Source: a virus. Taken from it: 64,000 nucleotides of DNA. Location: positions 19,323-83,322 of the IMG/VR virus record IMGVR_UViG_3300044770_000059. One strand, 5' to 3'. Positions 1-8,975 of the stretch are shown here, piece after piece. The notes below the pieces were generated by a model, which saw nothing but the letters and a program-made list of their open reading frames with translations, ran no database searches and was not told where the DNA came from. The position numbers and the translations under genes were made by a program. The number at the start of each line of letters is the position of its first letter. Position 1 is the stretch's first letter.

Positions 1-606
1 TGGAATCACCATAACCGAACCCACAAAATCTCTGACCTGATCCCAGTCGCCGTGGCGATGGAGAAACATCTCCTCATGGCGGACGGGCGCGGCTGAATAC
101 TTAAATAACCCGAGCGCACCGATGCGAGGCATCGCTGGCTCTTGATCCTCAAAGTAGTGCTGTCTGCGGTTGTGCTCCAGGATCTCCGCGCTCCGTCGAA
201 GCCAGCCCTGCTCGAACAACATGTCCTGATCCATCTTGACGATCGGGTCGCCCTTGGCCATGTGGAACATTCGGTTCAGAGCTATGCCCTGACCCTGGTT
301 CCAGCCCGGTGGGTTGGAGATCAGCGTGGAGATGATCCCGTTGTCGGTCAGCTCCTGAAGGAGAGCACGTAGGGACTCGTCCTTGGACCCGTCGTCGTGG
401 ACGATCAGCTCAAACGGGTAGTCGGCGGTCTCGATGACCGACGTGATGCACTCCCGCAGGAACTGCGGCCGCTCGTAGCTGAGAATGCAGACTGAGGCGA
501 ACCGCTCCCGGTCTGGCTCGGCATCCTGCTGTGCTTCCAACTCGGGCTCGGGCACGGGCTGGATGAGGGGCTTGGCCATCTCGTTCTCCACCATCACGGC
601 ACTCAT
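1..606 (-). CDS. GT2-family glycosyltransferase (runs off the window edge; absent from the ORF track)
   Basis: Manual translation from ATG at 606 (ATGA overlap with upstream stop): ASVCILSYERPQFLRECITSV...FELIVHDDGSKD...KMDQD (DxD); open to position 1. Confidence 0.85.
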   Translation of the reverse strand, partial: MSAVMVENEMAKPLIQPVPEPELEAQQDAEPDRERFASVCILSYERPQFLRECITSVIETADYPFELIVHDDGSKDESLRALLQELTDNGIISTLISNPPGWNQGQGIALNRMFHMAKGDPIVKMDQDMLFEQGWLRRSAEILEHNRRQHYFEDQEPAMPRIGALGLFKYSAAPVRHEEMFLHRHGDWDQVRDFVGSVMVIP

Positions 607-845
607 CGGGGCACCGCTTTGACCATCACCGGCGGGATCGGACTGCCGAGGATGGTCAACTCGACAAGCAGGCTCCCTGTCTCAGCGTCGATGAGGCCGG
701 AGGCAACCTGGTCCAGCTCCTCTGCGGACAGCTCGAAGTGGGATGTGAAGCTGCCATCGTCGTTGCGAATGCCGGTCAGGTCGCCGACCGACTCGCCGTC
801 GCCCCTATACGTAAAGTTGTGGGTGGATAACGTCACCGGGTCCAT
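603..845 (-). CDS. Small hypothetical protein (80 aa)
   Basis: GGAGG SD and TGATG overlap at 845; MDPVTLSTHNFTYRGD... Confidence 0.6.
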   Translation of the reverse strand: MDPVTLSTHNFTYRGDGESVGDLTGIRNDDGSFTSHFELSAEELDQVASGLIDAETGSLLVELTILGSPIPPVMVKAVPR

Positions 846-1570
846 CACTCCTCCTTCGGTATCAGGCTGAATGGGTCGGGTTCCTCCTGCTGATCCCCAT
901 GTTTCCAGAGGGTAACTCGCATCTCTCGCGCGTCCTCCGTCGTCCACTGTCTCTCCGGATCGGTGGGCGGGGAGTAATCCTCATCCAAGATCTTGAACCG
1001 GCACTCGTTATAGGGCTCGGCGAAGCCATCGGTCCAACGCTGGTTGTTGACCTCGGCGCAAAACCCCATGAGGGTGCCCTCCATGAAGTAGCGCTTGTGG
1101 TCGTACTCCGCGACAGCCGAGTAGGAGGGGAACAGTGGGGTGATGATCCGCATGATGCCGCCGACCTCCAGTACCCGGTAGCTCTCCTCCATCAGTCGCT
1201 CGAACCCGTCGCCGATGTGCTCCAAGCAATGGTGAGTGACGATGGATCTGATCGAGCCCGTCGGGAAGGGGAGCCGACGCGGTTGGTCGAGCCGCTTATC
1301 CTCACCCGGAACGCCGATCAACACATGCGAAAGCTGCATTGTCTTGTCGTGGGAGTTCTTGTTACGATCCACGATCATCGAGTCGAGGTCCATCACCAAA
1401 TCGACTCCTCTACCGGCGTGATGGTCGATTCCCATCCGGGCCTTCGGCACCCGGCCGCAGCCGAGGTCCAGGTGGAAGTCGAGCTGATCCCAAACCTTCT
1501 CACCCTTCGTAGCCGGTGCCCAGTCATAGGGCCACCCGGAGGGGAGCGCATCGTATTCCCACCACTTCAT
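845..1570 (-). CDS. Class I SAM-dependent methyltransferase (Methyltransf_11-like)
   Basis: Motif I HLDLGCG; LPFPTGSIRSIVTHHCLEH; SYRVLEVGGIMRIITP. Confidence 0.85.
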   Translation of the reverse strand: MKWWEYDALPSGWPYDWAPATKGEKVWDQLDFHLDLGCGRVPKARMGIDHHAGRGVDLVMDLDSMIVDRNKNSHDKTMQLSHVLIGVPGEDKRLDQPRRLPFPTGSIRSIVTHHCLEHIGDGFERLMEESYRVLEVGGIMRIITPLFPSYSAVAEYDHKRYFMEGTLMGFCAEVNNQRWTDGFAEPYNECRFKILDEDYSPPTDPERQWTTEDAREMRVTLWKHGDQQEEPDPFSLIPKEE

Positions 1571-2004
1571 CCGCGTGTCTCCTCCTGCCCGGGGTCGCGA
1601 GGATCTCGGCCGCTCGTTGGTCGGCGTGACTCCTGGCGATCACGTTCATCCAGAGCGTAATCGAGATACTTGGTGATCTGAGGAAGGATTTCGTCTGTGT
1701 ACCGCTTGACATTTTGGTCGATGACCGCGCGCGTCAGGCTGTCCGACATCAGATGCTGTGCTGCCGCGACCATCCCCAACATCGTCACCATCGGCATGCG
1801 CGTCGAGCTACCAGCGAATCCAAGCTGACGAACACCATCCTCGTCTTCAGCCTCGAACAGCACAAGAGCCGAAGCCAATCTCTGATCGGGATACTCACGC
1901 TCGAAAACATGGAGTGCCCAGTTGGCAGCTCTCTCAATGGCGTTGTCTCCAACGCAGGCTTCGACATCAGTCGCTCGGTCACTCCGGCGGCGGAATAGGC
2001 TCAT
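1567..2004 (-). CDS. Hypothetical protein
   Basis: ORF from ATG 2004, coupled to the methyltransferase by an ATGA overlap. Confidence 0.55.
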   Translation of the reverse strand: MSLFRRRSDRATDVEACVGDNAIERAANWALHVFEREYPDQRLASALVLFEAEDEDGVRQLGFAGSSTRMPMVTMLGMVAAAQHLMSDSLTRAVIDQNVKRYTDEILPQITKYLDYALDERDRQESRRPTSGRDPRDPGQEETRG

Positions 2005-2017
2005 CGTTCTCCTCTCG

Positions 2018-2812
2018 TTACCAATTTGGCACCAGCCCGGCGAAGCTCTGTCTCTCATACTTCATCGCCAAACGATAGAAACTCTTCGCTTGCCACGCCT
2101 TTATCTTCTCGGATGGACGACCTCGGAACATGTACTCGAAGTGATATGCCCTCACCCGGGGGTTGTAGATGCATTGCTCTTGCGAAAGAAAGACTCGAAG
2201 ACAATAGTCCACATCTTCCCAACCCATGAAGAACTCTTCGTCGTAAATTCCGACCTTTTCCAGGGTCGAGTGGCGAATGAACTGAAAAGCACCCGTTACC
2301 GGACAGGCATTCATTCTCAACGCCTCTGGCAGATCCCCCGGCCCGTACTTGTACAGGTGGTCAAAAGTCCTGGTTAAGGCAGAAAAGTAGACCCCGGCAT
2401 GCTGGATCGTCCCGTTTGGGTAGTAGAGCAACGCCCCAACGACGGCCGCCGGCTTCATGTCCTGATCCTTGGTCCGGATGAACTCGCCGAGCCAGCCTGG
2501 CGTCGAGATCTCAACGTCAGCGTTCATCAGAACCGCGTGGCGTCCTTCGTCCAACGCTCTCTGCAATCCAATATTTATAGTTTTAGAAAATCCCGTGTTC
2601 TCTTCCTTGCGGTGGACCTCGAAGGCGAACTCCGGGCTGGCCTGCTCCAGTCTGTCGGCCAGATCCTGGTCGGGCGAGAAGTCATCGACGCAAAGGATGT
2701 CCACCTTCTCGCCCTGGGTATGGCGAACGCTTCTGATCGCGTCAAGCGTGGTCACCAGGTCCTCCTCCTTCGACATGAAGGTCGGGATCACGACGAGGGC
2801 TTTCGGCTTCAC
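2018..2812 (-). CDS. GT2-family glycosyltransferase
   Basis: LVVIPTF...ILCVDDFSPD...NTGFSKTINIG...LMNAD...GAFQFIR...FFMGWEDVDYCLR; GTG start overlaps the upstream stop. Confidence 0.9.
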   Translation of the reverse strand: MKPKALVVIPTFMSKEEDLVTTLDAIRSVRHTQGEKVDILCVDDFSPDQDLADRLEQASPEFAFEVHRKEENTGFSKTINIGLQRALDEGRHAVLMNADVEISTPGWLGEFIRTKDQDMKPAAVVGALLYYPNGTIQHAGVYFSALTRTFDHLYKYGPGDLPEALRMNACPVTGAFQFIRHSTLEKVGIYDEEFFMGWEDVDYCLRVFLSQEQCIYNPRVRAYHFEYMFRGRPSEKIKAWQAKSFYRLAMKYERQSFAGLVPNW

Positions 2813-4506
2813 AGGAACAGGTCCTCCGATACTCGGAGCATCTTGCCCGGGAGATCCTTGATCAGGCCGTTGATCCGCAGTGTCGAGAGCGCGTTGGCGA
2901 AGGTGCTGGAGGTTTGGGAGTAGCCGGTGTGATCGCTCAGGAGATCCCGCGTGTAGTCCCGGGGGTAGCCCTCGATCAGGGTCTCCAGGATCGTCCGGGG
3001 CGCGAGGGGGAGCGAGTCCAACCACTGCATCCGGACCTCCTCCGGCGTCTTCGGGCTCGCCGGCATCTCCCCGACATGCTCGAAGCTGGCGTCGTTGCAG
3101 GCGAACAGCTTCGAGTCGTCGTCCATCAGCCCGTTCGTCCGCAGCTCACTCAGCGCGTTGGCGAAGGTGCTGCTCCTCGGTTTGTACCCGGAGAGGGTTG
3201 AGACCTGAGCGCGCGTCAACGCCATCGGGTGACGTTCGACCAACGTCTGGAGGATCTTCCGCGACGCCCTGCCCAGTCTGATGTCCCCATCCACGCCCGC
3301 CACGGATGGCTCCAGCCTGCGGGGCTGAGGAGTTTTGGCCGCTACTTTGACCGGCCTCATGTCCGTCTGTCTGGGCATTGGCCGGATCTCCAGCATGTCG
3401 AAGTTTGACTTCGCCAACTCGATCAGGCTCCCCGAAGTCTCCAGCACCTTGCCGGCCTGGTCCCCAACCTTCTCCAGGAGCTTCACGACCTGCTCCTTCA
3501 ACTCGTCGGGGAAGACGGGGACCTCGACCTCGACCCTAACCTCCTTGGGCTCTACCCCAGGACGCTCTCGAAGCTCCTTCTCCAATCCGGCGATCCGGCT
3601 GCGCAGTTCTCTGGGGTCCTCGGCCTTGGCCCGCTCGATCGTGTCGGCGATCGCTGCCTCTATCTCACCCAGGTCCACATCGGCCAGACGTGCGACATCA
3701 CGATCCTCCCAGTCCGGCGTCGCACCCGAGTCGAAAGTCCGCCTCCTCCTGAACCGCATCCGCTCCATCATTCTCAGCTTGTGGGGAGACCAGAGCCAGG
3801 CTTCGCCATCGTCCAAACGGGGGAGCGAATCGAACATCTCCTGCCCGATGTCGTGCTCGACCACCCATTCCTTCAGCGCTCTCTTGTCCCGTGGATCGCC
3901 GACCCGCATCGGGATCAGAGTGTCGATCTGACTCAGCGCGTCCTTGCTGAGGGAGGCGGAGCGCTGGGTGACCAGCGTCACGAAGATCCCACGGAACCGC
4001 CCGCGCTTGACGAGCTTGGCCCAGGCACCTACACACTGCGCCTCCCTTCTCATCACCCGCTGAGGCAGGTACTCGTCTGCCTCCTCGGCGATGACCTGAA
4101 GCGGCGATCGGTTCTTTCGTAGGAGCGTTTCGGCGAAGTCGGTGAGGAAGCGGAGCTGCTGCCCCTTGGTCATCTCGCTGATGTCGAGGACACAGGTCAG
4201 ACGCTTGTCGGCGACCAACTCGGCCATCATCTTGCCGGCCGTTTGCTCCAGCGGGACATCGCCATGAAGACCGCCGAAGATCGGAACGTTGAGGCCCGGC
4301 CCCTTACCGCTCGCCGAGGACCGCACCCCCCACCAATCCCCCTTCGGATCGACGGCAACCCAGGGAATATCGGCGTCGTACATCTCCTCCGCCATGACGA
4401 CAGCAGCATTCGACTTGCCAGCACCGCTCATGGCAAGAATGCCGAAACGCTGAAGCATCGCCTCCGGTGGCAGCTCCACTCCTGGGGCCAGCTTCAGACC
4501 CGACAT
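2809..4506 (-). CDS. HerA/FtsK-family (DUF87-like) ATPase with two C-terminal winged-helix repeats
   Basis: Walker A GILAMSGAGKSN, VAVDPKGDW, Walker B IAEEADEY, LVTQRSA; duplicated SSTFANALSxLRxNGL helix. Confidence 0.8.
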   Translation of the reverse strand: MSGLKLAPGVELPPEAMLQRFGILAMSGAGKSNAAVVMAEEMYDADIPWVAVDPKGDWWGVRSSASGKGPGLNVPIFGGLHGDVPLEQTAGKMMAELVADKRLTCVLDISEMTKGQQLRFLTDFAETLLRKNRSPLQVIAEEADEYLPQRVMRREAQCVGAWAKLVKRGRFRGIFVTLVTQRSASLSKDALSQIDTLIPMRVGDPRDKRALKEWVVEHDIGQEMFDSLPRLDDGEAWLWSPHKLRMMERMRFRRRRTFDSGATPDWEDRDVARLADVDLGEIEAAIADTIERAKAEDPRELRSRIAGLEKELRERPGVEPKEVRVEVEVPVFPDELKEQVVKLLEKVGDQAGKVLETSGSLIELAKSNFDMLEIRPMPRQTDMRPVKVAAKTPQPRRLEPSVAGVDGDIRLGRASRKILQTLVERHPMALTRAQVSTLSGYKPRSSTFANALSELRTNGLMDDDSKLFACNDASFEHVGEMPASPKTPEEVRMQWLDSLPLAPRTILETLIEGYPRDYTRDLLSDHTGYSQTSSTFANALSTLRINGLIKDLPGKMLRVSEDLFL

Positions 4507-4964
4507 TCGACGGCCCTCCACCTGGTCATCATCCGGCCGGTCGAGCCCCGCACCTTGTCGTAGGCAGCGACCAGGCGCGCGTCTACCAGCTCTTTGCGAC
4601 GTGTGCGAATCCCCGACTCCGACTGCTGAGGCAGGTTCATATTGTTGTGGGAGTTGTGGGTGTAGGCCCGGACTAGGGTCTCGTCGGTGATTGGCCCGCT
4701 GTTCTTCAGCACCCGCAGCACGGCGGCCTGGTTGGCCGTCGGGTTACGGACTGATGCCGCTGCCGCGTGTGAGGTCTCCGGGTCCGTGGTCCTCGCCCTG
4801 GGTTCAGCCCTGACACCAGAGGCCCGAAACCGCATACACGAGCAGTCCGAATAGCGGCAGTCGCCTCTGCCTCCATTGGAGTGGAGGTTCCGGTCGTGGC
4901 TGCAATCGCAGACCAGCTCTCCGACCGGCTCCGCGAACATCCCCATCTGTCCAGCGTCGGGCAT
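4494..4964 (-). CDS. Winged-HTH DNA-binding protein with N-terminal Cys/His cluster
   Basis: ARTTDPETSHAAA...AVLRVLKNSGPITDETL...SGIRTRRKELVDARLV, a pattern typical of actinophage HTH proteins. Confidence 0.6.
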   Translation of the reverse strand: MPDAGQMGMFAEPVGELVCDCSHDRNLHSNGGRGDCRYSDCSCMRFRASGVRAEPRARTTDPETSHAAAASVRNPTANQAAVLRVLKNSGPITDETLVRAYTHNSHNNMNLPQQSESGIRTRRKELVDARLVAAYDKVRGSTGRMMTRWRAVECRV

Positions 4965-5530
4965 CAGAACGGGATGTCGTCATCCCCTCCGAACTTCGCG
5001 GAGAGAGACTCATTCTCCGGAGCCGGAACCACCGGGGTCTCGGTGGACTGAACCGGGGGCGGACTCAGCGGCGGAGGCTGCTGCTGAGCAGGGGGTTGCT
5101 GGGAGGGAGGAGCTGCCGACAGCGGGGGTGGACCCTGCGCCGGAGGCGGCTCGACCGGCGAGCCCTCGGGGATCGGGGGCCTGGGCGGCTGCGAGGAGAT
5201 CCCGAGCTGGCGCTCCACCTGCTCGATGCGCGCCAGGAGGTTCGGGTAGATGATCTCCTCCAGATACTGCACCCGGGGACCGAGCTTCGGCCGGATCTGC
5301 TTCAGGGTGTAGCTCCACCCGTGCTGCCCACCGTCGTAGGGGTCGATCTCGAACTCGGCCGACAGCCCGATCGCCAGTTCATCGAACGACTTCAGCGTCT
5401 GCTGAATGATCTGGCCGGCTTCGTCGGTCGCCCCGATCTCATAGATCGTGTAGGGATCGCCTTTTCTGTTCGTGCCCTGGTACACGGATCTGCACCCGGT
5501 AATCGTCAGTCTGCGTTTCACATCGCTCAT
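4964..5530 (-). CDS. SSB-like protein
   Basis: Beta-rich N-terminus, Pro/Gln linker, acidic C-terminal DDDIPF tail; lies in the replication module. Confidence 0.55.
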   Translation of the reverse strand: MSDVKRRLTITGCRSVYQGTNRKGDPYTIYEIGATDEAGQIIQQTLKSFDELAIGLSAEFEIDPYDGGQHGWSYTLKQIRPKLGPRVQYLEEIIYPNLLARIEQVERQLGISSQPPRPPIPEGSPVEPPPAQGPPPLSAAPPSQQPPAQQQPPPLSPPPVQSTETPVVPAPENESLSAKFGGDDDIPF

Positions 5531-5724
5531 GTCAGCTCCATTTGTCCAGGCATTGGTTTTGTCTCGAACTGCCTCGGGTTTGGACCACCACGCTCTTTGT
5601 GCAGCTCATTCATCAGGTCCAAGACTTGACCCCTCGGCCCACTCGCCCTGACGCTCAACTCCCCGTCAGACCAGTAAGCCGAGAGGCGGTTGTTCTTTGC
5701 CTCCTGTTGCCAGTAGTCAGCCAA
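5527..5724 (-). CDS. Small hypothetical protein
   Basis: TTG start overlapping the upstream stop. Confidence 0.4.
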   Translation of the reverse strand: MADYWQQEAKNNRLSAYWSDGELSVRASGPRGQVLDLMNELHKERGGPNPRQFETKPMPGQMELT

Positions 5725-6433
5725 AATGAAGAGACATATCCTCCTTCTGCTTCGGCTTCTCGCTGACCACATGACTGCGGAAGTTGCGATCGGGGCACAC
5801 GGCAATACCGATCTCGCCGCCCTCCGGTGCGTACATCCGGTAGGCCATCCTCATGGCCCGATCCCAGTTTGTGGCCTCGATCAGGATTGGCTTGGGCTCC
5901 GGGGCTTCCTCACCCTCTGCGACCTCGGACACCGGCTCCATCTGCTGGTGCATGACCGAAGGCGTGCTCTTGTCGAAGAGGAGCACGCAGTAGGCGCGAG
6001 TGTCGTTGCCCTGGCTTTTTCTCACTTTTGTTTTTCTCGCTTTCGCTCTCGACTGTTTGGCTGGTCTGGGCTTCGGCGCGGGGGCTGGTGCCGGCTTGGG
6101 CTCCGGCTTGGGCTCCGGCTTGGGCTCCGGTTCCGGTTCCGGGTCTGGTTCCGGATCTGGGGCTGGGGCTGGTGGCTCCGGCTGTGGTGGCGCGGGAGTC
6201 GGCTCAGGGGTGGGTTCCGGGGTGGGTTCCGGGGTGGGGGCTTCCTCCGCCAGAATGTCCCCGGGGTCGTCCTTGGGTAGGTCGTCCTCCGGGTCGTAGC
6301 CACCAAGGCGACCCTCCTCAGCATCGCTGAGGTCGATCACGTTCTCGGTATCGGCGGGCTCGAAAGCCTCATCGCGCTCGAACTCGCTTTCCGCCGGTAC
6401 ATCCTCAAAGACATCGCCTGGGCTGTCGTCCAT
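5717..6433 (-). CDS. Acidic, Pro/Glu-rich hypothetical protein
   Basis: D/E-rich N-terminus, PEPT/PEPK tandem repeats, short folded C-terminal domain. Confidence 0.6.
   Translation of the reverse strand: MDDSPGDVFEDVPAESEFERDEAFEPADTENVIDLSDAEEGRLGGYDPEDDLPKDDPGDILAEEAPTPEPTPEPTPEPTPAPPQPEPPAPAPDPEPDPEPEPEPKPEPKPEPKPAPAPAPKPRPAKQSRAKARKTKVRKSQGNDTRAYCVLLFDKSTPSVMHQQMEPVSEVAEGEEAPEPKPILIEATNWDRAMRMAYRMYAPEGGEIGIAVCPDRNFRSHVVSEKPKQKEDMSLHFG
6075..6240 (-). repeat. Coding tandem repeats (6-12 bp units) encoding PEPT/PEPK
   Basis: ggcttgggctcc x3 and ggggtgggttcc x2-3, in frame within 5717..6433. Confidence 0.8.
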
Positions 6434-6442
6434 TACTGCCTC

Positions 6443-7813
6443 CTATTGAATTCGCATTTGGACCGCATCGAAGTAAAACGGCACGATCCCATCGAAGCTG
6501 TGCCGGCTCTTGCGGTAGATCATTTCGGCATCGGTTTCCCGCACCTTGCCACCCATTTTTGTGTTCTCGTCCGCGTACTTGTATGGGCGATAGACGAACG
6601 CCACGAAGTCGGCGTGCGCCGCAACTTGGTAGGAACCGCGCAGATGGGTCAACTGAGGGCGACGATCGGGAGACTGCTCGATTCCCTTCGTCGTGTGCGC
6701 GATGCAAATCACCGCAACGTTCAGATCCTTCGCAATCTGCTGGGAGAGGAACTCGGCCTTCTCTTCGTCTTCCTGCACTGGGTTGGAGAGTCGTTTGTCC
6801 AGGTGCCAGTGCTTGAAGTGGTCGATCACCACCAGGCCGATGTTGTGGTGCAGGATGGCGTCAACGATCAGTGCTCGGAGCTGGCTCGCACGCAGCGTCG
6901 AGGCGAAGTTGAACCACAGCGGGATCTCCTTGCGCTTCCCCCATTCCGTTTTAATCGCCTGGATGTCCATGTCGGTGACCCGGGCCTCACGGAGCCGGCT
7001 GCCCTCGATGCCGGTGATCGTCTGCGCCAAGCGAGCGTTGGTCGAGGACATCCCCATCTCCAGGCTGAGCACCAACGCACCGACGCGACGATCGGGTGGT
7101 TTGCGCATCTGACGCTCGGCAAAACGCAGGGCCGCCGTCCACATGACTGCGCTCTTCCCCGCTCCGGGCTCGCCCGCAACGATCAGCATCTCGGTCGGCT
7201 TCAACCCCTTCATGTAGTTGTCGAGGAAGGGCAGCCCGAAGTAGGCCCCAGTCTCGATTCCCATCAAACGAAGTTTCCGCTGCTGAATGATCTCCGGGAT
7301 CAACTCCCGCCCCATGTCTCCAAAGCTGACGACCTCCCGGGTAATCAGCGTGGAGGTTGCGAGCTGCATCGCGGTCTGGCTGGCCATGCCGGCTATCTGC
7401 TCCGGCGTCTGCTCCTCGCGCGCAACCTCAGCTTTGATCGAATCCGCCAGCCGCAGAAGGCCACGACGATCGGCCGCGATCTTGATCAACTTCGCGTGGT
7501 CCACCACGTCGCCGGCGAACTCAACCGATCGCTCGATCTCGGCGACGCGCGCCAGCACGTCCTGCTCAGGGCAGTGCCAGAGCTTGGTCAGGCGCGGGGC
7601 AGTCGCCTCCCCGATCGACAGCGCGTCCAGCGGCTCGTCGGCGTAGTAGGCGTCGTAGAGCGCCTGGTAGAGCGTGCGGAGACCCACGTCGTGGAAGTCG
7701 CCGAACTCCAGCGTCCCGACGACGCGGCCGGCGAGTCTGTGGCCACCGCGCATGACCTGGCCGACGACGGATCTCTCTGCCTCCGGCGCTTGCGGGATGA
7801 GCGCGACGTTCAT
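6443..7813 (-). CDS. dnaB: Replicative DNA helicase
   Basis: PQAPEAERSVVG N-domain, Walker A AGEPGAGKS, LSLEMG, VVIDHF, LRGSYQVAAHADFVAFVYR; start 7813 overlaps the initiator stop. Confidence 0.93.
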   Translation of the reverse strand: MNVALIPQAPEAERSVVGQVMRGGHRLAGRVVGTLEFGDFHDVGLRTLYQALYDAYYADEPLDALSIGEATAPRLTKLWHCPEQDVLARVAEIERSVEFAGDVVDHAKLIKIAADRRGLLRLADSIKAEVAREEQTPEQIAGMASQTAMQLATSTLITREVVSFGDMGRELIPEIIQQRKLRLMGIETGAYFGLPFLDNYMKGLKPTEMLIVAGEPGAGKSAVMWTAALRFAERQMRKPPDRRVGALVLSLEMGMSSTNARLAQTITGIEGSRLREARVTDMDIQAIKTEWGKRKEIPLWFNFASTLRASQLRALIVDAILHHNIGLVVIDHFKHWHLDKRLSNPVQEDEEKAEFLSQQIAKDLNVAVICIAHTTKGIEQSPDRRPQLTHLRGSYQVAAHADFVAFVYRPYKYADENTKMGGKVRETDAEMIYRKSRHSFDGIVPFYFDAVQMRIQ

Positions 7814-8790
7814 TGGCCCCGCGCCTGAAACGTCGGGTACCCGTCGTTGCCGCGAATGGTCTCTATCCCGTGTTGCTGTAGCCAACTCTCGGCCTCCTTG
7901 GCCTTTTCCACCGCGTCCGGCGCTCCGGATTGGTGGCCGCGCTGTACGTCTTGTTGCTTCTGCTGGACAATTACAGGATCGACGGACGTAACCGACCCGC
8001 CGGGGCCAGAAGACTCCGCAACCTGGATAAAAAACGAGATCCGATCCGCCAGGGTCTGCCCTCCGGGGTAGGTCGTGAAGATCGAGCTGATGCTTCTGTC
8101 GCCCGGCTTGTCTCTTCGCCACAGGAACAGCCCGAGGACCGCGAGTCTCAGGTCGTCCAGCGTGAACTCCTCCTTGAAGCCCTTGCGAATGGCCCTGGCA
8201 CGTGAGGGAGTGAGGCGCGAGCGCGACGGTCTGAAGACGGACACGTAGTAGTCCCACAGAACCGCTACGTCGTCATCTCCAACGTCTAGCCCTAGCTGCC
8301 CTCTCCCACCCAGCCCCGATACGGCATCGGACTCCGCAGACTTCTCGGAGGGCTCATCGGAAACGTCAGGGCCATCATCCGTACTTCTACCGATTTCTAT
8401 AGCTGTTCTTTTTGACGTTTCAAATGACGTTTCTCTAATAAGGGAAGTCTCCCTGGGAGAATTTTGAGTGGCTGAGGGAGAATGAGAAGCGGTCTCATTC
8501 TCCGTGGGAGAATCGTTTACCGATCCGAAGTTGTCCGGAACGGCCAACTGGTAAGCAGGATGCCCCTCCTCGGTTATCGTGTCTGTCATCAGGCCGAGGT
8601 CCCTGAAGCGACTCAAAGCCTTATAGACCGTCGATCTGTCAAGCCCCGTCTTCAGCGCCGTTCTATGCGGCCTCGGCCAGCAGAGCCCGTCGTCGTGTGC
8701 GTTATCGGCCATTGCCACCAGGATGTATTTCTCTGTGGGAGAAAGACCGACATCAACTCTGAACGCCCAACCCGCTACTAAACCGCTCAT
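7810..8790 (-). CDS. Phage replication initiator (N-terminal HTH, lambda O/replisome-organizer type)
   Basis: LSPTEKYILVAMADNAHDDGLCWP...TGLDRSTVYKALSRFRDLGLM; directly upstream of DnaB. Confidence 0.8.
   Translation of the reverse strand: MSGLVAGWAFRVDVGLSPTEKYILVAMADNAHDDGLCWPRPHRTALKTGLDRSTVYKALSRFRDLGLMTDTITEEGHPAYQLAVPDNFGSVNDSPTENETASHSPSATQNSPRETSLIRETSFETSKRTAIEIGRSTDDGPDVSDEPSEKSAESDAVSGLGGRGQLGLDVGDDDVAVLWDYYVSVFRPSRSRLTPSRARAIRKGFKEEFTLDDLRLAVLGLFLWRRDKPGDRSISSIFTTYPGGQTLADRISFFIQVAESSGPGGSVTSVDPVIVQQKQQDVQRGHQSGAPDAVEKAKEAESWLQQHGIETIRGNDGYPTFQARGQ
8391..8520. promoter_or_regulatory. Putative replication origin inside the initiator gene
   Basis: GGGAGAAT at 8455, 8476 and 8506; inverted ATTCTCC at 8497; TGACGTTTC x2; adjacent AT-rich tract. 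Confidence 0.55.
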
Positions 8791-8936
8791 CACATCCCCT
8801 TTACATTCGCGGCCCCCCAACGTTGTTTTCCGACGGGGCTCGTGCTACGTTTTGAACGCCAGAGCGTCCGCCTCTCGGATTTATCCGCTGGGAGGGGACG
8901 GGAATACAGTCAGGAATCTCTGGCGCAAGCAGAAGT

Positions 8937-8975
8937 CGAAGGCCGGCCCGTCATCAGCCAAGGTGCCGGCCTTCG
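8937..8975 (-). terminator. Stem-loop, putative terminator
   Basis: Perfect 11-bp inverted repeat CGAAGGCCGGC/GCCGGCCTTCG just after the SLOG gene, followed by a U-rich run on the minus strand. Confidence 0.55.

Noticed and set aside
2242-2249. Ninth copy of the late motif (CGTAAATT, plus strand)
   Set aside because: Lacks the final AR, is on the opposite strand and lies inside a CDS with no downstream gene
6075-6240. Short tandem repeats as a CRISPR array or VNTR element
   Set aside because: Units are 6-12 bp, have no spacers and are in-frame Pro/Glu coding repeats
6446-7828. Long plus-strand ORFs (e.g. 6446-7828, 23499-24836, 34851-35891, 47523-48536, 48553-49578)
   Set aside because: Antisense shadows of recognisable minus-strand genes in GC-rich DNA; no motifs or SD
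7814-8257. 604-aa extended DnaB suggested by the ORF track
   Set aside because: The extension overlaps the initiator CDS and is low-quality sequence; ATG 7813 overlaps the initiator stop as expected
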